The notes beneath the pieces were generated by a model that worked only from the letters and a program-made list of their open reading frames with translations, was not told the DNA's origin and searched no databases. The translations under genes and the position numbers were made by a program. This document shows positions 10,883 to 28,181 of a stretch of DNA of 64,000 nt, in pieces. Every line of letters begins with the position of its first letter. The stretch's first letter is position 1. The DNA comes from an uncultured Gemmatimonadales bacterium (lineage in GTDB: Bacteria > Gemmatimonadota > Gemmatimonadetes > Gemmatimonadales > GWC2-71-9): the NCBI GenBank assembly GCA_963728915.1, contig CAVSLV010000001.1:1632001-1696000 (forward strand). The letters run 5' to 3'.

Positions 10883-13800
10883 TGAGTCAGCCACCGATCC
10901 CTCTGACGGGAGTCTCGTCGCTTCAATTGGCCCTCCTGGCCGACGGCGCGAGAGCTCAGTTCCAGCGGTTGCTGGACGCCGATCCGATCGCCGTGGTGGG
11001 ACTGGCGTGCCGACTCCCCGGGGCGTCGTCGGCCGGAGAGTTCTGGGAGTTGTTGCACGCGGGGCGGACCGCCATTCGCGACGTGCCTCCGGACCGCTGG
11101 CCCGCGGATGCCTGGTATGACCCGGATCCCTCGGCTCCCGGCAAGGCCCTCGCCATGCGGGCTGGGTTCCTCGACCGAATCGATCTCTTCGATGCGGAGT
11201 ACTTCGGAATCCTGAGCCGTGAGGCGCAACGGATGGATCCCCAGCAACGATTGCTGCTCGAAGTCGCGATCGAGGCCCTGGATGACGGTGGATTTTCCCG
11301 GTCGAGCCTGGCGGGGCAGAAAGCCGGCGTGTTCATCGCGAGCTATCACAGCGACTACGCCCGGCTCCAGTATCAGGATCCCGAATCGATCGATGCCCGA
11401 ACCCTGACGGGCACCCTGCACAGCATCGTGGCCAATCGACTGTCGTACCTGCTCGATCTCCGGGGCCCGAGCATCTCCATCGACACGGCGTGCTCGTCCT
11501 CCCTCGTCGCGGTGCACCTGGCCTGCCAGAGCCTGCGGACCGGCGAGAGCACGCTCGCACTGGCGGGCGGGGTTTCCCTGCTGGTCGGCCCGGAGCTCCT
11601 GGTGGCCGAATCGAAAGTCGGTTTCATGGCGCCCGACGGTCGATCCAAGTCGTTCGATGCGGAAGCCGAACGGGTTCGGCCTGGGAGAGGGCTGCGGCGT
11701 GGTGGTGCTGAAGCGGCTCGCCGATGCCGTCGCCGACCGGGACCGGGTTCTCGCGGTCATGCGGGGTTCGGCGGTGAACCAGGACGGGCATTCGACTCTG
11801 CTCGCCGCGCCGAATGGAATCGCCCAGAAGGAGATGATCGAGATCGCCCTGGCCAGAGCGCAGGTCGATCCCTCCCGGATCGGCTTCGTCGAGGCGCATG
11901 GCACCGGCACGGCGCTCGGGGATCCCATTGAAGTCGAGGCCCTCGCCGCCACCGTGGGACGGACAGTGCCGGGCGCCGACCCGTGTTATGTCGGCGCGGC
12001 CAAAGCCAATCTCGGCCACCTCGAAGCCGCCGCGGGTGTGACCGGCCTGATCAAGGCGGTCCTGGCGCTCCAGCACGAGGCGATCCCGCCGCAGCCGAAT
12101 TTCACCCGCCTCAATCCTCACATCGCGCTGGAGGGAACCCGACTCGCGATTCCGACCCAGCTCATCCCCTGGCCGCGCGGCCGCCATCCCCGCCTCGCCT
12201 CCACCAGCTCGTTCGGCGTCGGGGGGACCAATGCCCACGTGATCCTGGAAGAGGCGCCTCAGCTTCCGGTTTCCGGGAGTCAACCAACCCGGGGACTGCT
12301 GCTGCCGTTGTCCGCTCGCAGTCCCGACGCGCTTCGCGCTCTGGCGGAGCGATGGGTGGACTTTCTCACGGAGGACGCCCCGTCGGTCAACGATCTCAAT
12401 TTCACCGCCGCGGAGCGGCGGAGCCACTACGAACATCGCCTGGGAGTGCCGGGACGCTCGATCGCGGAATGGCGAAGCGGCCTTGAAGGGGTCCTCCGCG
12501 ACCAGCCGGTTGGAATCGCGACGGGGCACGCCGCCTCGCGTCCCCGGGTCGGCTTCGTGTTCAGCGGACAGGGTCCCCAGTGGTTCGCGATGGGCCTGCG
12601 AGCTGCTTCGGGAGGAGCCGGTCTTTCGGAGCAAGCTGGAAGAATGCGACATCGCGTTTCGCGCGCTGGCCGGCTGGTCCCTGCTCGGCGCGCTCGCTGC
12701 ATCGGAGGGGGAATCCCGACTCCAGGAAACCGAGATCGCCCAACCCGCGATCTTCGCGCTACAGGTCGCCCTGGCTGCGCTGTGGAATTCCTGGGGAGTC
12801 TCCGCCGATGGAGTGGTGGGCCACAGCGTCGGGGAAATTGCCGCGCTGCACGTGGCCGGGGTGCTCGACCTCGAGGAGGCACTCCGGATCGTGTGGCACC
12901 GAGGGCAGGATCATGCAGGAGGCCACCGGACTGGGCCGCATGGCGTCGGTGGGCTGCACGCCCGAGGTGGCGGAACAGATTGTGGCCTCCTCCCCGGGAA
13001 TCAGCATCGCGGCGATCAACGCCCCGAGAAGCGTGGTGTTGTCGGGCGAGAGCCGTGCCCTGGAGAGCGCCCTGGCCTCGATCGCATCCCGGGGAATGAC
13101 CCATCGGGTGCTCCCGGTGAACTACGCCTTTCACAGCGCCCAGATGGATCCCTTCCGGCAACGGATGGTGTCCGCCCTCGGTACGGTTCGATCGCGGTCG
13201 CGCCGCGATCCCGGCCTATTCGACGGTCACCGGGGGGTCCGCCGCGGGGGTCCGCTTCGACGCCGAGTATTTCGGACGCAATCTCCGGCAGACGGTCCAG
13301 CTCTGGAGCGCGGTGAGCAACATGCTGGAGGACGGGTTCCAGGTCTTCCTGGAAATCGCCCCGCATCCTGTCCTGGGCAGCTCGATCGCCGAGTGCGCTT
13401 CGCATCGCTCTCGGGAGGTCACGGTCCTGACTTCCCTTCGTCGCCAACGTCCCGAACGAGAGACCATGCTGCAGGCCTCCGCGGGGCTGTATTGCGCGGG
13501 TCTCGACCTGAACTGGAGCGCGATCCGAGGCACTCCCGGCCAGGTGGTCTCGCTGCCCTCTTATCCGTGGCAGCGGAAACGTCACTGGCTGCCGTTGGGT
13601 CACCAGGGCCGGCCTGGATCGGGAGTGGAGCATCCCTTCCTGGGCCGGCGGGTTCACGGCGCCGAGTCTGCCGCTCTGGTTTTCGAGGGAGAATGGAGTC
13701 CTGACCTGGCCTGGCTCGCGGACCACCGGATTCAGGGCCGGGTCCTGATGCCCGCTGCTGCGATCATGGAAGGATTCGTCGCTGCGGCGCGCGCTGCGCT

Positions 13801-16800
13801 CGGGCCGGAGTCTCCGGTGCTGTCGGGATTCATCATCCATCGCCCGATGGTGTTGCCAGAGGAGGGAGCTGGCGCGATGGCAGGTGGTAGCGACACCAGG
13901 CTCGCCGGGCCGAATCGAGCTGGCCTGCTACCAGGCGACGCCGGCCACCCGGAGCACGGCGGCTTCCTGGACCAGGGTGGCGAGCGCGACCGCGGAAGCC
14001 ACCGCTCCTCCCTCGAGCCGGCCGTTGACGAACTCCCTCGAAGTGAGCTCGGCCCCAGGTGAGATCTACGAGCTCTATGAAAGAGTCGGCGTCTCTTTCG
14101 GACCATCGTTCAGGACGTTGACGGATATCCGGCGAGGGAGCGAGGTCGCCCGGACCGAGGTCACCTTACCGGAGCATCTCGAGGCCGGGGCCGGGCGGCA
14201 CATCCTGCACCCCGTTCTGCTCGACGGCGCTCTTCAGTCCTGCATGGTCGCGGGACCCCTGAGTGGTGAGGCTGCTCCTCAGCAGCTCTTCCTGCCACTG
14301 GGGGCCGACCGGATCTGGCTCAAGGGGTCCCATGCGTCGCCGCTGCGGGTACAGGTGCACATCATTCCCGGTGACACCGGGTCGCTGACCGCCAACCTGA
14401 CGATCGAGACCTCGGGGGAGAGCTGGTCGGGCTCATCGAGGGAATGCGGTTCGCGCCGGCAGCCGCTCCGGCGCGTGACGCCCGGACGCCGATCGACGAC
14501 ATCCTCTACGATGTCGAGTGGATCACCGAGAGGGACCTGCCGGGTTCGCCGGCCCGGGAGGTTTCGGGCGACTGGCTCATTGTGAGCGACCTGGGCGGTA
14601 TGGGGGAGGACCTGGCTTCGGGGATCCAGGCCGCCGGAGGACACCCGCGACATCGTGTCGGCCGGCAAGTCGGCCGAGGTGATTCAGCGGCTCATCGGCG
14701 AGCGGTCCTGGCGTGGGTGGTCCACCTCGCGAATCTCGATCTTCCGCCTTTGGGTGGCGGAGGCTCTCCCGGAGCAGTGGACCGCATGGGGTGAGCGAGG
14801 ACGACGCGCTGGGGCTCGGTTCCCTGCTCGCCGTCGGTCAGGGTGTTGCCGCCTCCGGTTCAAAGCGCCCCGGACCTCTTCGTCATAACCCGCGGGGCGC
14901 ATGTGGTGACTGGAGCCGAAGGGGCTGATACGCTCCAGCCGCGTGCCGCGGGAGCCTGGGGCCTGGCCGACGTCATCGCGGTCGAAAACCCTGGCGTCAG
15001 GGTGCGGCGGATCGATCTCGATCCCGAGGGAGCACCCCACCAGGCGGACGCGCTGCTCAACGAGATGATCACAGGCGGAGACACGGTGGGCGTCGCCCTC
15101 CGGAATGAGGCCCGGTGGGCCCGCCGTTTGGTCCGCCACCGCAGAGGGCCCGGCGGAGCCGATGTGCCACGCCGCCTGCTCGCCGGGCAAACCGGCACCC
15201 TGGACAGCCTTTCCCTGCGGCGATTCGAACCTGTCCCGGTCGGCCCGCGGGAGGTTCGTCTCACGGTGCTCGCCGCGGGGCTCAACTTCCGTGATGTCCT
15301 GGTTGCGCTTGGCATGTATCCCGGCGACCCCGTGGAGATTGGAGTGGAATGCGCGGGCCGGGTGGTGGAGGTGGGCAGCGCGGTCTCGGAGTTTGCGGTC
15401 GGCGATCGAGTCTTCGGCTTCGCCCCCGGGAGCCTTGCGACCGAAGTCGTGGTGCCGGCGCATTACCTCGAGCGGGTGCCCGACCGCTTCGACGACACCA
15501 CCGCGGCGGGACTCCCGATCGCCTATCTCACCGCCTGGTACGGGCTCGACCGGCTTGGCCGGCCTCAAGGCCGGAGAGCGCGTGCTCATCCACGCGGCGG
15601 CGGGCGGGGTTGGACTCGCGGCGGTGCATCTGGCCCGTCGCACCGGCGCGGAGATCTTCGCCACCGCGGGGTCTCCCGAGAAGCGGGCCTTCCTCCGCGA
15701 GCTCGGCGTCCCGCACGTGCTGGATTCCCGTTCCCTGGCCTTCGCGGATCAGATCCTGGCGCTCACCGGCGGAGGGGGAGTCCAGGTGGTGCTGAACTCC
15801 CTGGCGGGCGAGTTCGTCGCCGCCAGCCTCTCCGTGTTAGGGAGCGGGGGGCGGTTCCTCGAGCTCGGGAAACGGGACGGAATGTCGGCCGAACGGGTGG
15901 CCGCGAGCCGACCCGATGTGAAATACTACCGCTACGACCTTGGCGCCCTGGCCCAGGCCGACGAAACGCTGCTCCGTCCCATGCTGCGCGAGCTGATACG
16001 AGCCTGGGAGGATGGGTCGCTTCCCCTGCTGCCGGTCCGGGGCTTCGCCCTGGAACGCGCCGCCGATGCGTTCCGGTTCATGGCCCAGGCAAGGCATATC
16101 GGCAAGCTGGTGCTGGTGCCGACTCGAACCAGCGGGGTCGCGATTTCCCCCGACGCGACCTACTGGATCACCGGCGGTCTGGGGGCCCTCGGGCTCGCCA
16201 CCGCCCGATGGCTGGCGAGCTGCGGGGCAGGAACCCTCGTTCTCACCGGACGGCACCCCCCGAACCAGTCGGCGGCCACGGCAATCCGCGATCTGGCCGG
16301 CGCGGGCATCGACGTGCAGGTCCTGCCTGGTGACGTCGGCGACCCAGCCACGGTCCGGGCGCTTCTCGACCGGATCGGCCAGACCCTTCCACCGCTTCGC
16401 GGGATCGTCCATGCGGCCGGATCGCTGGCAGACGCGATTCTGCCGAATCAGTCATGGGAGAAGAACCGCGACGTCCTGCACGGGAAAGCGCACGGGGCCT
16501 GGTGGCTGCACCACCTCACCCGTGATCTCCCTCTCGATTTTCTGATCTTCTATTCGGCGGCGGGGACACTGCTGGGGCCCCGGGACAGGGACTCTATCCC
16601 GCGGCGAACGCGATGCTGGATGCCCTCGCCCAGGCGCGCCGGCGAAGCGGCCTCCCCGCCACCAGCGTGGCGTGGGGCGCGTGGGGCGACGGGGGGATGA
16701 CCGCGGAGCTCGCCAGCCGCGGCAACGATCCCTGGGCGGCACGTGGCCTCGAGCCGATTGGGCCGGGAATTGCCTTCCCTGCCCTCGAACGGCTACTGAA

Positions 16801-17352
16801 AGACGAGACGGTCCATGGTGCGGTGATGGCAGTCGACTGGTCCCGCTTTCTGTCCCGATTGCCGGCCGGCCTCGATCAGAAGTTCTTCGCGGCGGTCACC
16901 TCCGCACCATCGAAGCCGGGCAGGCCAGGAGCAGATTCAGCGAGCTTTCTGCAGCAGCTTCGTGGCCTCACTGCGAGCGAGCGCCGCCCCACCCTCCTCC
17001 AGCATCTTCTGAAAAGTGCTCACGCAGCCCTCGGCGAGACGAAGCCGCTTGATCCTTCGAGTCCCCTCCGGGAAGCCGGGCTCGATTCTCTCATGGCGGT
17101 TGAGCTCCGGAACATGCTCTCCCGGTCGCTCGGTCAGCAGCTCCCCGCGACGCTCCTGTTCGACTACCCGAGTCTCGATGCCCTCGCGAATCACCTGGCC
17201 AGGCGACTCGGTCTCGACAGCAACGAAGGAGTCGGTGACCGGACCAACGGACCGCCCGACCCGACGGATTCCGGTTTCGCGCGACTTTCCGACGAGGAGG
17301 CCGAGCTGTTGCTGCTCGCCGAGCTGAATCACCCAGCCTCGAGATCGAAGCC

Positions 17353-17356
<4 letters not shown>
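10882..17356 (+). CDS. PKS2: KS-AT-DH-ER-KR-ACP (reconstructed across about 10 frameshifts)
   Basis: [26 protein letters not shown] and [20 protein letters not shown] and [45 protein letters not shown]. The domains are spread in order over consecutive ORF fragments. Confidence 0.85.
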
Positions 17357-20561
<3,205 letters not shown>

Positions 20562-20565
<4 letters not shown>

Positions 20566-23500
20566 GCAACGAAGCCCTCACCCCACTGCACCGCACCTTT
20601 CTCGCTCTGGAGCAGACCCGGGCCAGGCTGGACGCCCTGGAGCACGCCCGGCGAGAGCCCATCGCGATCATCGGGCTGGGGTGTCGAACACCGGGTGGAG
20701 GGGTCGATTCCGAGTCGCTCTGGCAGATTCTTCGGGAAGGACGGGACGCGGTTGGGCCCATTCCGCCGGACCGATGGGATGCCGATCGCGCCTTTTCGCC
20801 CGATCCCGATGCGCCGGGCAAGAGCGTCACCCGCGATGGCGGATTCCTCGAGGACGTTGCGGGGTTCGACACCGATCTCTTCGGAATTGCGCCGCGCGAA
20901 GTCGAGGGCATGGATCCGCAGCAGCGGCTCCTCCTCGAAGTGGGCTGGGAAGCGCTCGAGAACGCGGCCGTAGCCCCCGACCGGTTGCAGGGTTCGCGCA
21001 CCGGGGTGTACATCGGGATCGCGAGCAGCGACTACCTGCATCTGTTGCTGCGAGCCGGTGATCCCGATCTCCTCGGTCCGCACTTCATGTCGGGAATCGG
21101 GCATTCGATCGCCTCGGGACGGCTGTCGTATCTCCTCGGGTTGCAAGGCCCGAGCTTTCGATCGATACGGCCTGCTCTTCCTCGCTGGTGGCGGTCCATC
21201 TGGCCTGCCAGGCGCTCCGGGCGGGGGAGTGCGACTCCGCCCTCGCCGGCGGGGTGAACCTCATGCTTTCCCCCGACATCGCGGCGGCGTACTCCCGATC
21301 CCGGATGCTCTCGCCGGATGGCCGGTGCAAGGCGTTCGATGCCGACGCCAATGGGATCGTTCGGGGTGAGGGCTGCGGGATCATCGTGCTGCGCCGTCTC
21401 TCGGAGGCCCTCGCCCGGGGGGACCGCGTCCTCGCCGTCATCCGAGGGTCGGCCGTGAACCAGGATGGTCCGAGCAGCAGCCTGACCGCGCCCAACGGAC
21501 CATCCCAGGAAGCGGTCATCCGGGAGGCGCTGATTTCGCGGGCGCGACCCCCGATCAGATCGACTACCTCGAAGCCCACGGAACCGGCACCCCGCTCGGC
21601 GATCCCCTGGAAATCGGAGCGATCGGGAAGGTATTCGGCCGCCGAGCCGGCGAACCGCTGCTGGTGGGGTCGGCCAAGACCAACTTCGGCCACCTGGAAG
21701 CCGCGGCCGGCATCGTCGGGCTCATCAAGGTGGTTCTCTCCCTGGCGCACCGGGAGGTCCCCCCGCACCTGCACTTCCGGTCCCCTAACCCGCACATCCC
21801 CTGGGACGAGCTGCCCATCCGGGTCCCGACCGGGATCACTCCCTGGCCGGCGCGGACCGGACCAGGGCTCGCCGGTATCAGCTCGTTCGGCTTCAGCGGG
21901 ACCAACGCGCATGTCGTGGTGGAAGGCGCGCCCGCGCCGGCCGCTCCGATGCCGGCGCGGGATCGTCCCATCCAGATCCTGACCTTGTCCGCCCGAAGCG
22001 AACCGGCGCTCCGCCAGATGGCGAGCCGGACCGCGGCAGCACTGGCCCAGGCCACCGACGGGGACCTTGGCGATGTCGCCTACACCCTGAATACCGGGCG
22101 AGCCACCCTTCCGGAGCGCGCGGTGATCCGGGCCGGCTCCCTGGGTGAGGTCCGCGAACGGCTGGCGGCACTGGGGCGCGGCAGCGAAGACCAGGCGGTC
22201 ACGACCCGGCGGGTTCCAAGCGGCGCACGGCCACGCGTCGGGTTCCTGTTCACCGGCCAGGGCTCCCAGTACCCCGGGATGGGACGCGATCTCTACGAGT
22301 CGTCCACCGTCTTCCGCCGGGCCTTCGACCAATGCGCCGATCTGTTCGATCCGGAGCTCCCAGAGCCCCTGCGGGACGTCATCTTCGGACCCAGCGAGGC
22401 CTCCCCGATTCATCAGACCGGCTTCGCCCAACCGGCGCTTTTCTCGCTTGAATACGCTCTGGCCGAGCTCTGGAAAAGCTGGGGAGTCACCCCGGTGGCC
22501 GTGCTGGGGCACAGTATCGGCGAGGTGACCGCCGCATGCATCGGGGGCGTCCTGAGTCTCAGCGATGCTGCCCGACTGGTGGCCGCGCGAGGGCGACGGA
22601 TGCAGGCCTTGCCGGCCGGGGGCGGGATGCGCGCGGTCTTCGCTCCCCTGCCGACCATCGAGCCCTTCCTTCGCCAGGCCGGGCCAGGGCTGGAGGTCGC
22701 GGCGATCAACGCCCCCGAGCACGTCGTGGTGGCGGGACCGCTTCGGGCTCTCGAGAAGCTGGGCGAGGAGCTGCAGAAGGCGGGGGTCCGGAACAAACCC
22801 CTCGCGGTCTCACACGCATTCCATTCGGCGCTGATGGAGCCAGCCCAGGCGGGATTCGAGAGCGATCTCGCCGGCATGCCGTTCGGTCTTCCCACCATCC
22901 GGGTCGTCTCGAATCTCACGGGCGACCTGGTCGACGGCGGATGAGCAGCGCGGGTTACTGGCGGGACCAGAATCCGCCGGCCGGTCCTGTTCGCCAGAGG
23001 AATGGAAACCCTGGCGGCCCAGCGTTGCGACCTCCTGCTGGAGCTGGGTCCCGCTCCGGTGCTGTCGTCACTGGGGCAGCAATGCCTGGGCGGAGAGGCC
23101 GCGACCTGGTGCGCGTCGCTCCGGTCCGGCCGCCCCGACTGGGAGCAGATCCTGGACGCGCTGCAGTCGGTGTATCTGCGCGGTGTGCCGATCGATTGGG
23201 AGCGGTTCGATCAGGACTATCATCGGCACAAGCGCGACCTGCCGACCTACCCATTCCAGAGGACCAGGATCTGGTTCCGGGCCAGGCCGGACTTCGCCAC
23301 CGTACGGCGGGACGAAAGCGCCCACCCCCTGCTGGGCCGCCGACTTCCCTCGCCGCTGCCTCAGGCCCAATTCGAGTCTCGGCTTTCCGCCGACAGTCCC
23401 GGCTTCATCCGGGACCACGATGTCGGCGGAGTCATTCTCCTCCCCGGAACCGCATACCTGGAAATGGGACTGGTCGCCGCGAAAACCCTGTTCGGTTCTC

Positions 23501-26500
23501 GCGCCAACCGGGTCGTCAACGTGGTGTTTCGAGAGGCGATGACGTTCGGCGAGTCCGAGACGCGAACCGTGCAGACCATCGTTGAGCCGAGCGCGGACGG
23601 CCTGGCATCGTTCCGGGTGCAGAGCCTTCGGAGCGATGGAGCCCAGTGGACCCTGCATGCAGAAGGCCAGATCGCACTCGAACCCGAGGCCGAGCTCACG
23701 AGTCCAACGCCAGTGGCGAGCACCCCGGCCTCCGCGAGGGTGATCCAGCCCGAGGAGTTCTACCAGACCCAGCGGAACCGGGGATACGAGTTCGGACCGT
23801 GCTTTCGTGGGGTTCAATCGATAACCGCAGTCGGTGGTCAGGCGGTAGGGAAGGTCGAGCTTCCCCAGGATCAGGAAGAAGCGGCTCGCTATGTCGTCCA
23901 CCCGGCGCTGATGGACGCGTGTTTTCAGGTCGCCGGCGCCACCCTTCCGAGCACCAGCCTGGCCAACCTCTACCTCCCGATTTCAGTTAGACGGTTCGCG
24001 CTGTGGCGGCCGCCTGGGATTCGATGCACCAGCCAGGTGAATCTGCGCCCGGGCCGAGGAGACTCGGTCCACGAAGTCGACCTCCGGATCTTCGATGCCG
24101 ACGGTGAGGTGGCGGCGGAAATCGAGGGATTGGCGTTTCAGCGTGTCAGTGCGACTGCCCTCTCCCGGATCAGTACTCGTCACCTGATCAACGAGGAATA
24201 CGAAATCCGCTGGGAAGCGGTGCCCGCCGCCAGTACCGGCCCACCGGCCGCCGCCGAGCTGGCACGGCGCGCCACGGCCCGTCTCGGGTCGCTCTCGGTC
24301 GAACACCGGGTGGAGCAAGCGGACGCTCTCCTGACTCGCCTGGAGAGACTCTCGGGAGAGTGGACCGAGTGGATTCTGGCCGAAGTGGGATGGAACCCCG
24401 TTCCGGGGCAAACGGAGGCGGTGAGCGCGATTGCCTCGCAGCTGGGGATCGTTCCCAGGCATGCACGACTCTTCAGCCGTCTCCTCGAGATCTACGCCGA
24501 GGATGGCGGTGCATCCGTCACGGACGGACGGGTAACCGCTCACCGGAAGCCCCGCCACCGGGAAGCCACCCGAGTGCTGGAATCCCTGACCCAGGAAAAC
24601 CCCGACTCGGCTGAGCTGGCCCTTCTCAAAGGAACCGTCCCGGGTTTCCCCGCGGCTCTCCGCGGACAATGCGATCCCCTGCAACTGCTTTTCCCGAACG
24701 GTTCGACCGAAACCGCGGAACGACTGTACACCGATTCACCGATGGCCAGGCTCTATAACTCCCTGGCGGCCGATGCGTTCGAGGCGATTCTCCAGGCCGC
24801 GCCCGCCGATCGCCCACTCCGAGTGCTGGAGATCGGCGGTGGAACCGGTGGGACCACTTCCCACCTCCTCCCGCGAATCGGCGCCCGGCCGGTGAGCTTC
24901 ACCTTCACCGACCTTGGCGACTCATTCGTGATGCGGGCGCGGCGGAAGTTCGCTGAATTCCCCGGCCTTCAATACCGGACTCTCGACATTGAGAGATCTC
25001 CGGCCGAACAGGGGCTCGGCGAGTCCCGGTTCGACGTGATCATTGCGGCCAACGTGCTCCACGCGACCGCCGACATGCGCCGCACGGTGGAGCACGTCCG
25101 AAGCCTGCTCGCCGACGGTGGCATCCTTCTGTTACTGGAGATTACCGCACCCCAGCGCTGGTTCGATTTGACGGTGGGCCTGACCGAGGGCTGGTGGAAG
25201 TTTGCCGACCCCGACCTCCGAACCCGGTACACCACTCTGAATGCGGAGCAATGGAATCAGCTCCTCGGGGAATGCGGTCTCGAGGTCGCAACCGCCATCC
25301 CTGAGGAGACGGCGACCTGGTCGATGCAACGCCAGCAGCTCTTCATCGGGAAAGCGGCCGACCGGACCGTCGAACAGAAACCCGATCGCGCCTGGCTGAT
25401 TCTGGAAGATCGGGGCGGGATCGGCGCTCAGCTGGCGGGTGCGCTCAGAGGCCAGGGCGATCGGTGCGCGGTGGCCGGTCCGCAGGGCGAGGACGGCCTT
25501 GGCGCGAGCGAAGCGCATTCCCGATTGCTCCGTGAAGCGAAACACCTCCTCGGTCGCTTCGAGGTGGTGGACTTGAGGTGGCTCGATACTTCCGAATGGG
25601 GAGCAACCATCGACACCCTCGACGTGCTTCAGCCCAGGGTGACCGATACCCTGGCGCTGGTCCATGCCATCCTGCACGAGTGTCCGGACGCGCCACCGCG
25701 ACTGCTCACGATCACCAGAGGCGCCCAGGCCGCCGACGGAGTGACTCCCCTCTCTCCCTTCCAGGCGGCCGCATGGGGGATGGGCCGGACGATGATTCTC
25801 GAGCATCCGGAGCTCCGTCCGATCCTCGTCGACCTGGATCCGGGGTCTGATCCGGACGAAATCGCCCGCCTCGTGGGGGAGCTTCGTTCGGAGGCTCCAG
25901 GCGCGCAGGTGGCATTTCGAGATGGGGAACGCCGGGTTGCGCGACTCTCGCGCCATGTCGCTCCCATCAGCTCCGCCGAGCCGCGCACCGAAAGCAATAC
26001 CACCCTCGTGGCGAGCGCACCCGGGCTCCTCGAGAACTTGAAGTTGGTCGCTTGCGACCGGCCCGCGCCTGGGCCGGGGGAAGTCGAGGTGGAGGTCGAA
26101 ACGACCAGCCTCAACTTCCGGGATGTCCTGAATTTGCTGGGCCTTTACCCTGGGGACCCCGGTCCGCTGGGAGGTGAATGCGGCGGCCGGGTAACCCGGC
26201 TTGGTCCGGGCGTCACCGGTCTCACTCCCGGCGACCGGGTGGTGACTACGGTCCCCGGCGCCTTCTCGCGATTCGTGGTCAACCGGGCTTCCCTGGTATT
26301 CCCGATTCCTCCAAAGCTTGCGATGGCCGAAGCGGCGGCGCTTCCCTTTGCCTACCTCACCGCGGCCTATGCCCTCCGGAAGCTGGCTCGCCTCGAGGAG
26401 GGAGAGACCATCCTGATTCATGCGGCGGCAGGCGGGGTGGGCCTGGCCGCCGTGCGGTTGGCCCAGCGCACGGGGGCGAAGATCTTCGCAACCGCAGGCA

Positions 26501-28181
26501 GTCCCGCCAAACGAGCCTTCCTTCGGGAAATCGGAATTGAGCATGTGCTGGACTCCCGCTCCACCGGCTTTGCGGATGAGATCCTCCGACTGACCGGTGG
26601 CAAGGGGGTCAACGTTGTTCTGAACTCCCTCTCCGGCAATGCCATTGCGGCCAGCGTGCGGGCTCTGGCTCCGCGTGGGCGCTTCGTCGAGATCGGCAAG
26701 CGAGGAATCTGGAGCGCCGAGGAAATGTCCAGAACCGCTCCGGGGATCGAGTTCTCGATCCTGGATATCGGGGACCTTCTCACGAATCAGCCGGCGGAGC
26801 TCAGTGGCATGGTGCGGGAGCTCCTCAGGGAAATCGAGACGAGCGCCCTGCCCACCCTCCCGGTCACCGTTTTTCCGATGAGCCGGGTCGCCGATGCGTT
26901 CCGGCACATGATGCAGGCCCGTCAAATTGGCAAGATTGTAGTGGACCACGAACACAACCGGCCGATGTCACGGATCCGGCCTGATGCGACCTATCTCATC
27001 GTGGGCGGTTTCTCGGGCCTCGGCCTGCTCGCGGCGCGCTGGCTGGCGGATCAGGGAGCTCGCCACCTGGCGCTGGTCGGCCGGCGTGGCATGACGGCGG
27101 AGGCTGGATCAATCCTGGCCGGATTGCGGCAAGCCGGCGTGACCGTGCATCCTGCCGCTCTCGACATCGGTGATGAGCAAGGACTCGCCGAATTGCTGGA
27201 GCGGCTCCGAGGTCAGGCGCCCCCGCTTCGGGGGATACTGCACGCCGCCGGCATTCTGGACGACGGCGCGATTCTCTCTCAGGACTGGGCTCGATTCGCC
27301 CGAGTGCTGGGTCCCAAGGTCGCCGGAGCCCGCGCGCTGGACCGTCTTACCGCCTCCGACCCCCTGGACTGGTTTCTCATCTTCTCCTCGGCGGCATCGC
27401 TCCTCGGCTCGGCGGGCCAGGCGAATCACGCTGCGGCGAACGCGGTGCTCGACGTGCTGGCGCATGAACGGCAAAGAGTCGGCCGGCCGGCTCGGCAATC
27501 AACTGGGGCCCCTGGTCCAGCGTCGGCGCCGCGGCCGCGGCGTCCCTGCAGGCCCGGTTGGAAGTCCTGGGCCTTCGCGCCGTCACTCCGGAGGGAGGAT
27601 TCGCTCACCTCCGAGCCATGATGGAGGACGGATCTCCCCAGATCGGGGCCATGTCGGTGGACTGGAACCGATGGATCCAGCAACGCGGCAATCCCGGACT
27701 GCGCGAGTTCCTCGCCGGAATCGAGCAGCCCCGAGCCGGTGCCCTCCCGGTCGCGACGGCATTGCCGGCTTCCTCCCGCTCGCTTCGCGACCAGCTCGCC
27801 GGGGCGCCAGCGGGACGGAAGCAGGCGGTGCTCCGAACCTTCCTTCGGCAGACGGTCCGGCGAGTTCTGGGCCTGCCCGAATCGCGGCCGGTGGACGAGG
27901 GAGGCCCGCTCGGCGAGATGGGGCTCGATTCGCTTTTGGCGGTGGAGCTGCGCAACACCCTGAGCAAGGAGACCGGAGCCTCGCTCCCGGCCAGCTTGCT
28001 GTTCGACTACCCAACCATCGAGGCGCTCTCGGCTCATCTTGCGACCGCGGTGCTTGGGCTCGAAGGCGCGCCCGCGGAACCGGCCGGGGAGCCTGAGCCG
28101 ACGGACGATCTGCTTGGAGCGATTGAGCGGATGTCGGATGATGAAGTGGATCGGATGCTCACGGGAGGGTCTCGCGAATGA
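20562..28181 (+). CDS. PKS4: KS-AT-DH-cMT-ER-KR-ACP (frameshifts near 21155, 21535, 21640, 22940-22970, 27495)
   Basis: GTG 20562 overlaps the PKS3 stop. AT GHSIG and [20 protein letters not shown] and [21 protein letters not shown] and [21 protein letters not shown] with [17 protein letters not shown]. Confidence 0.87.
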
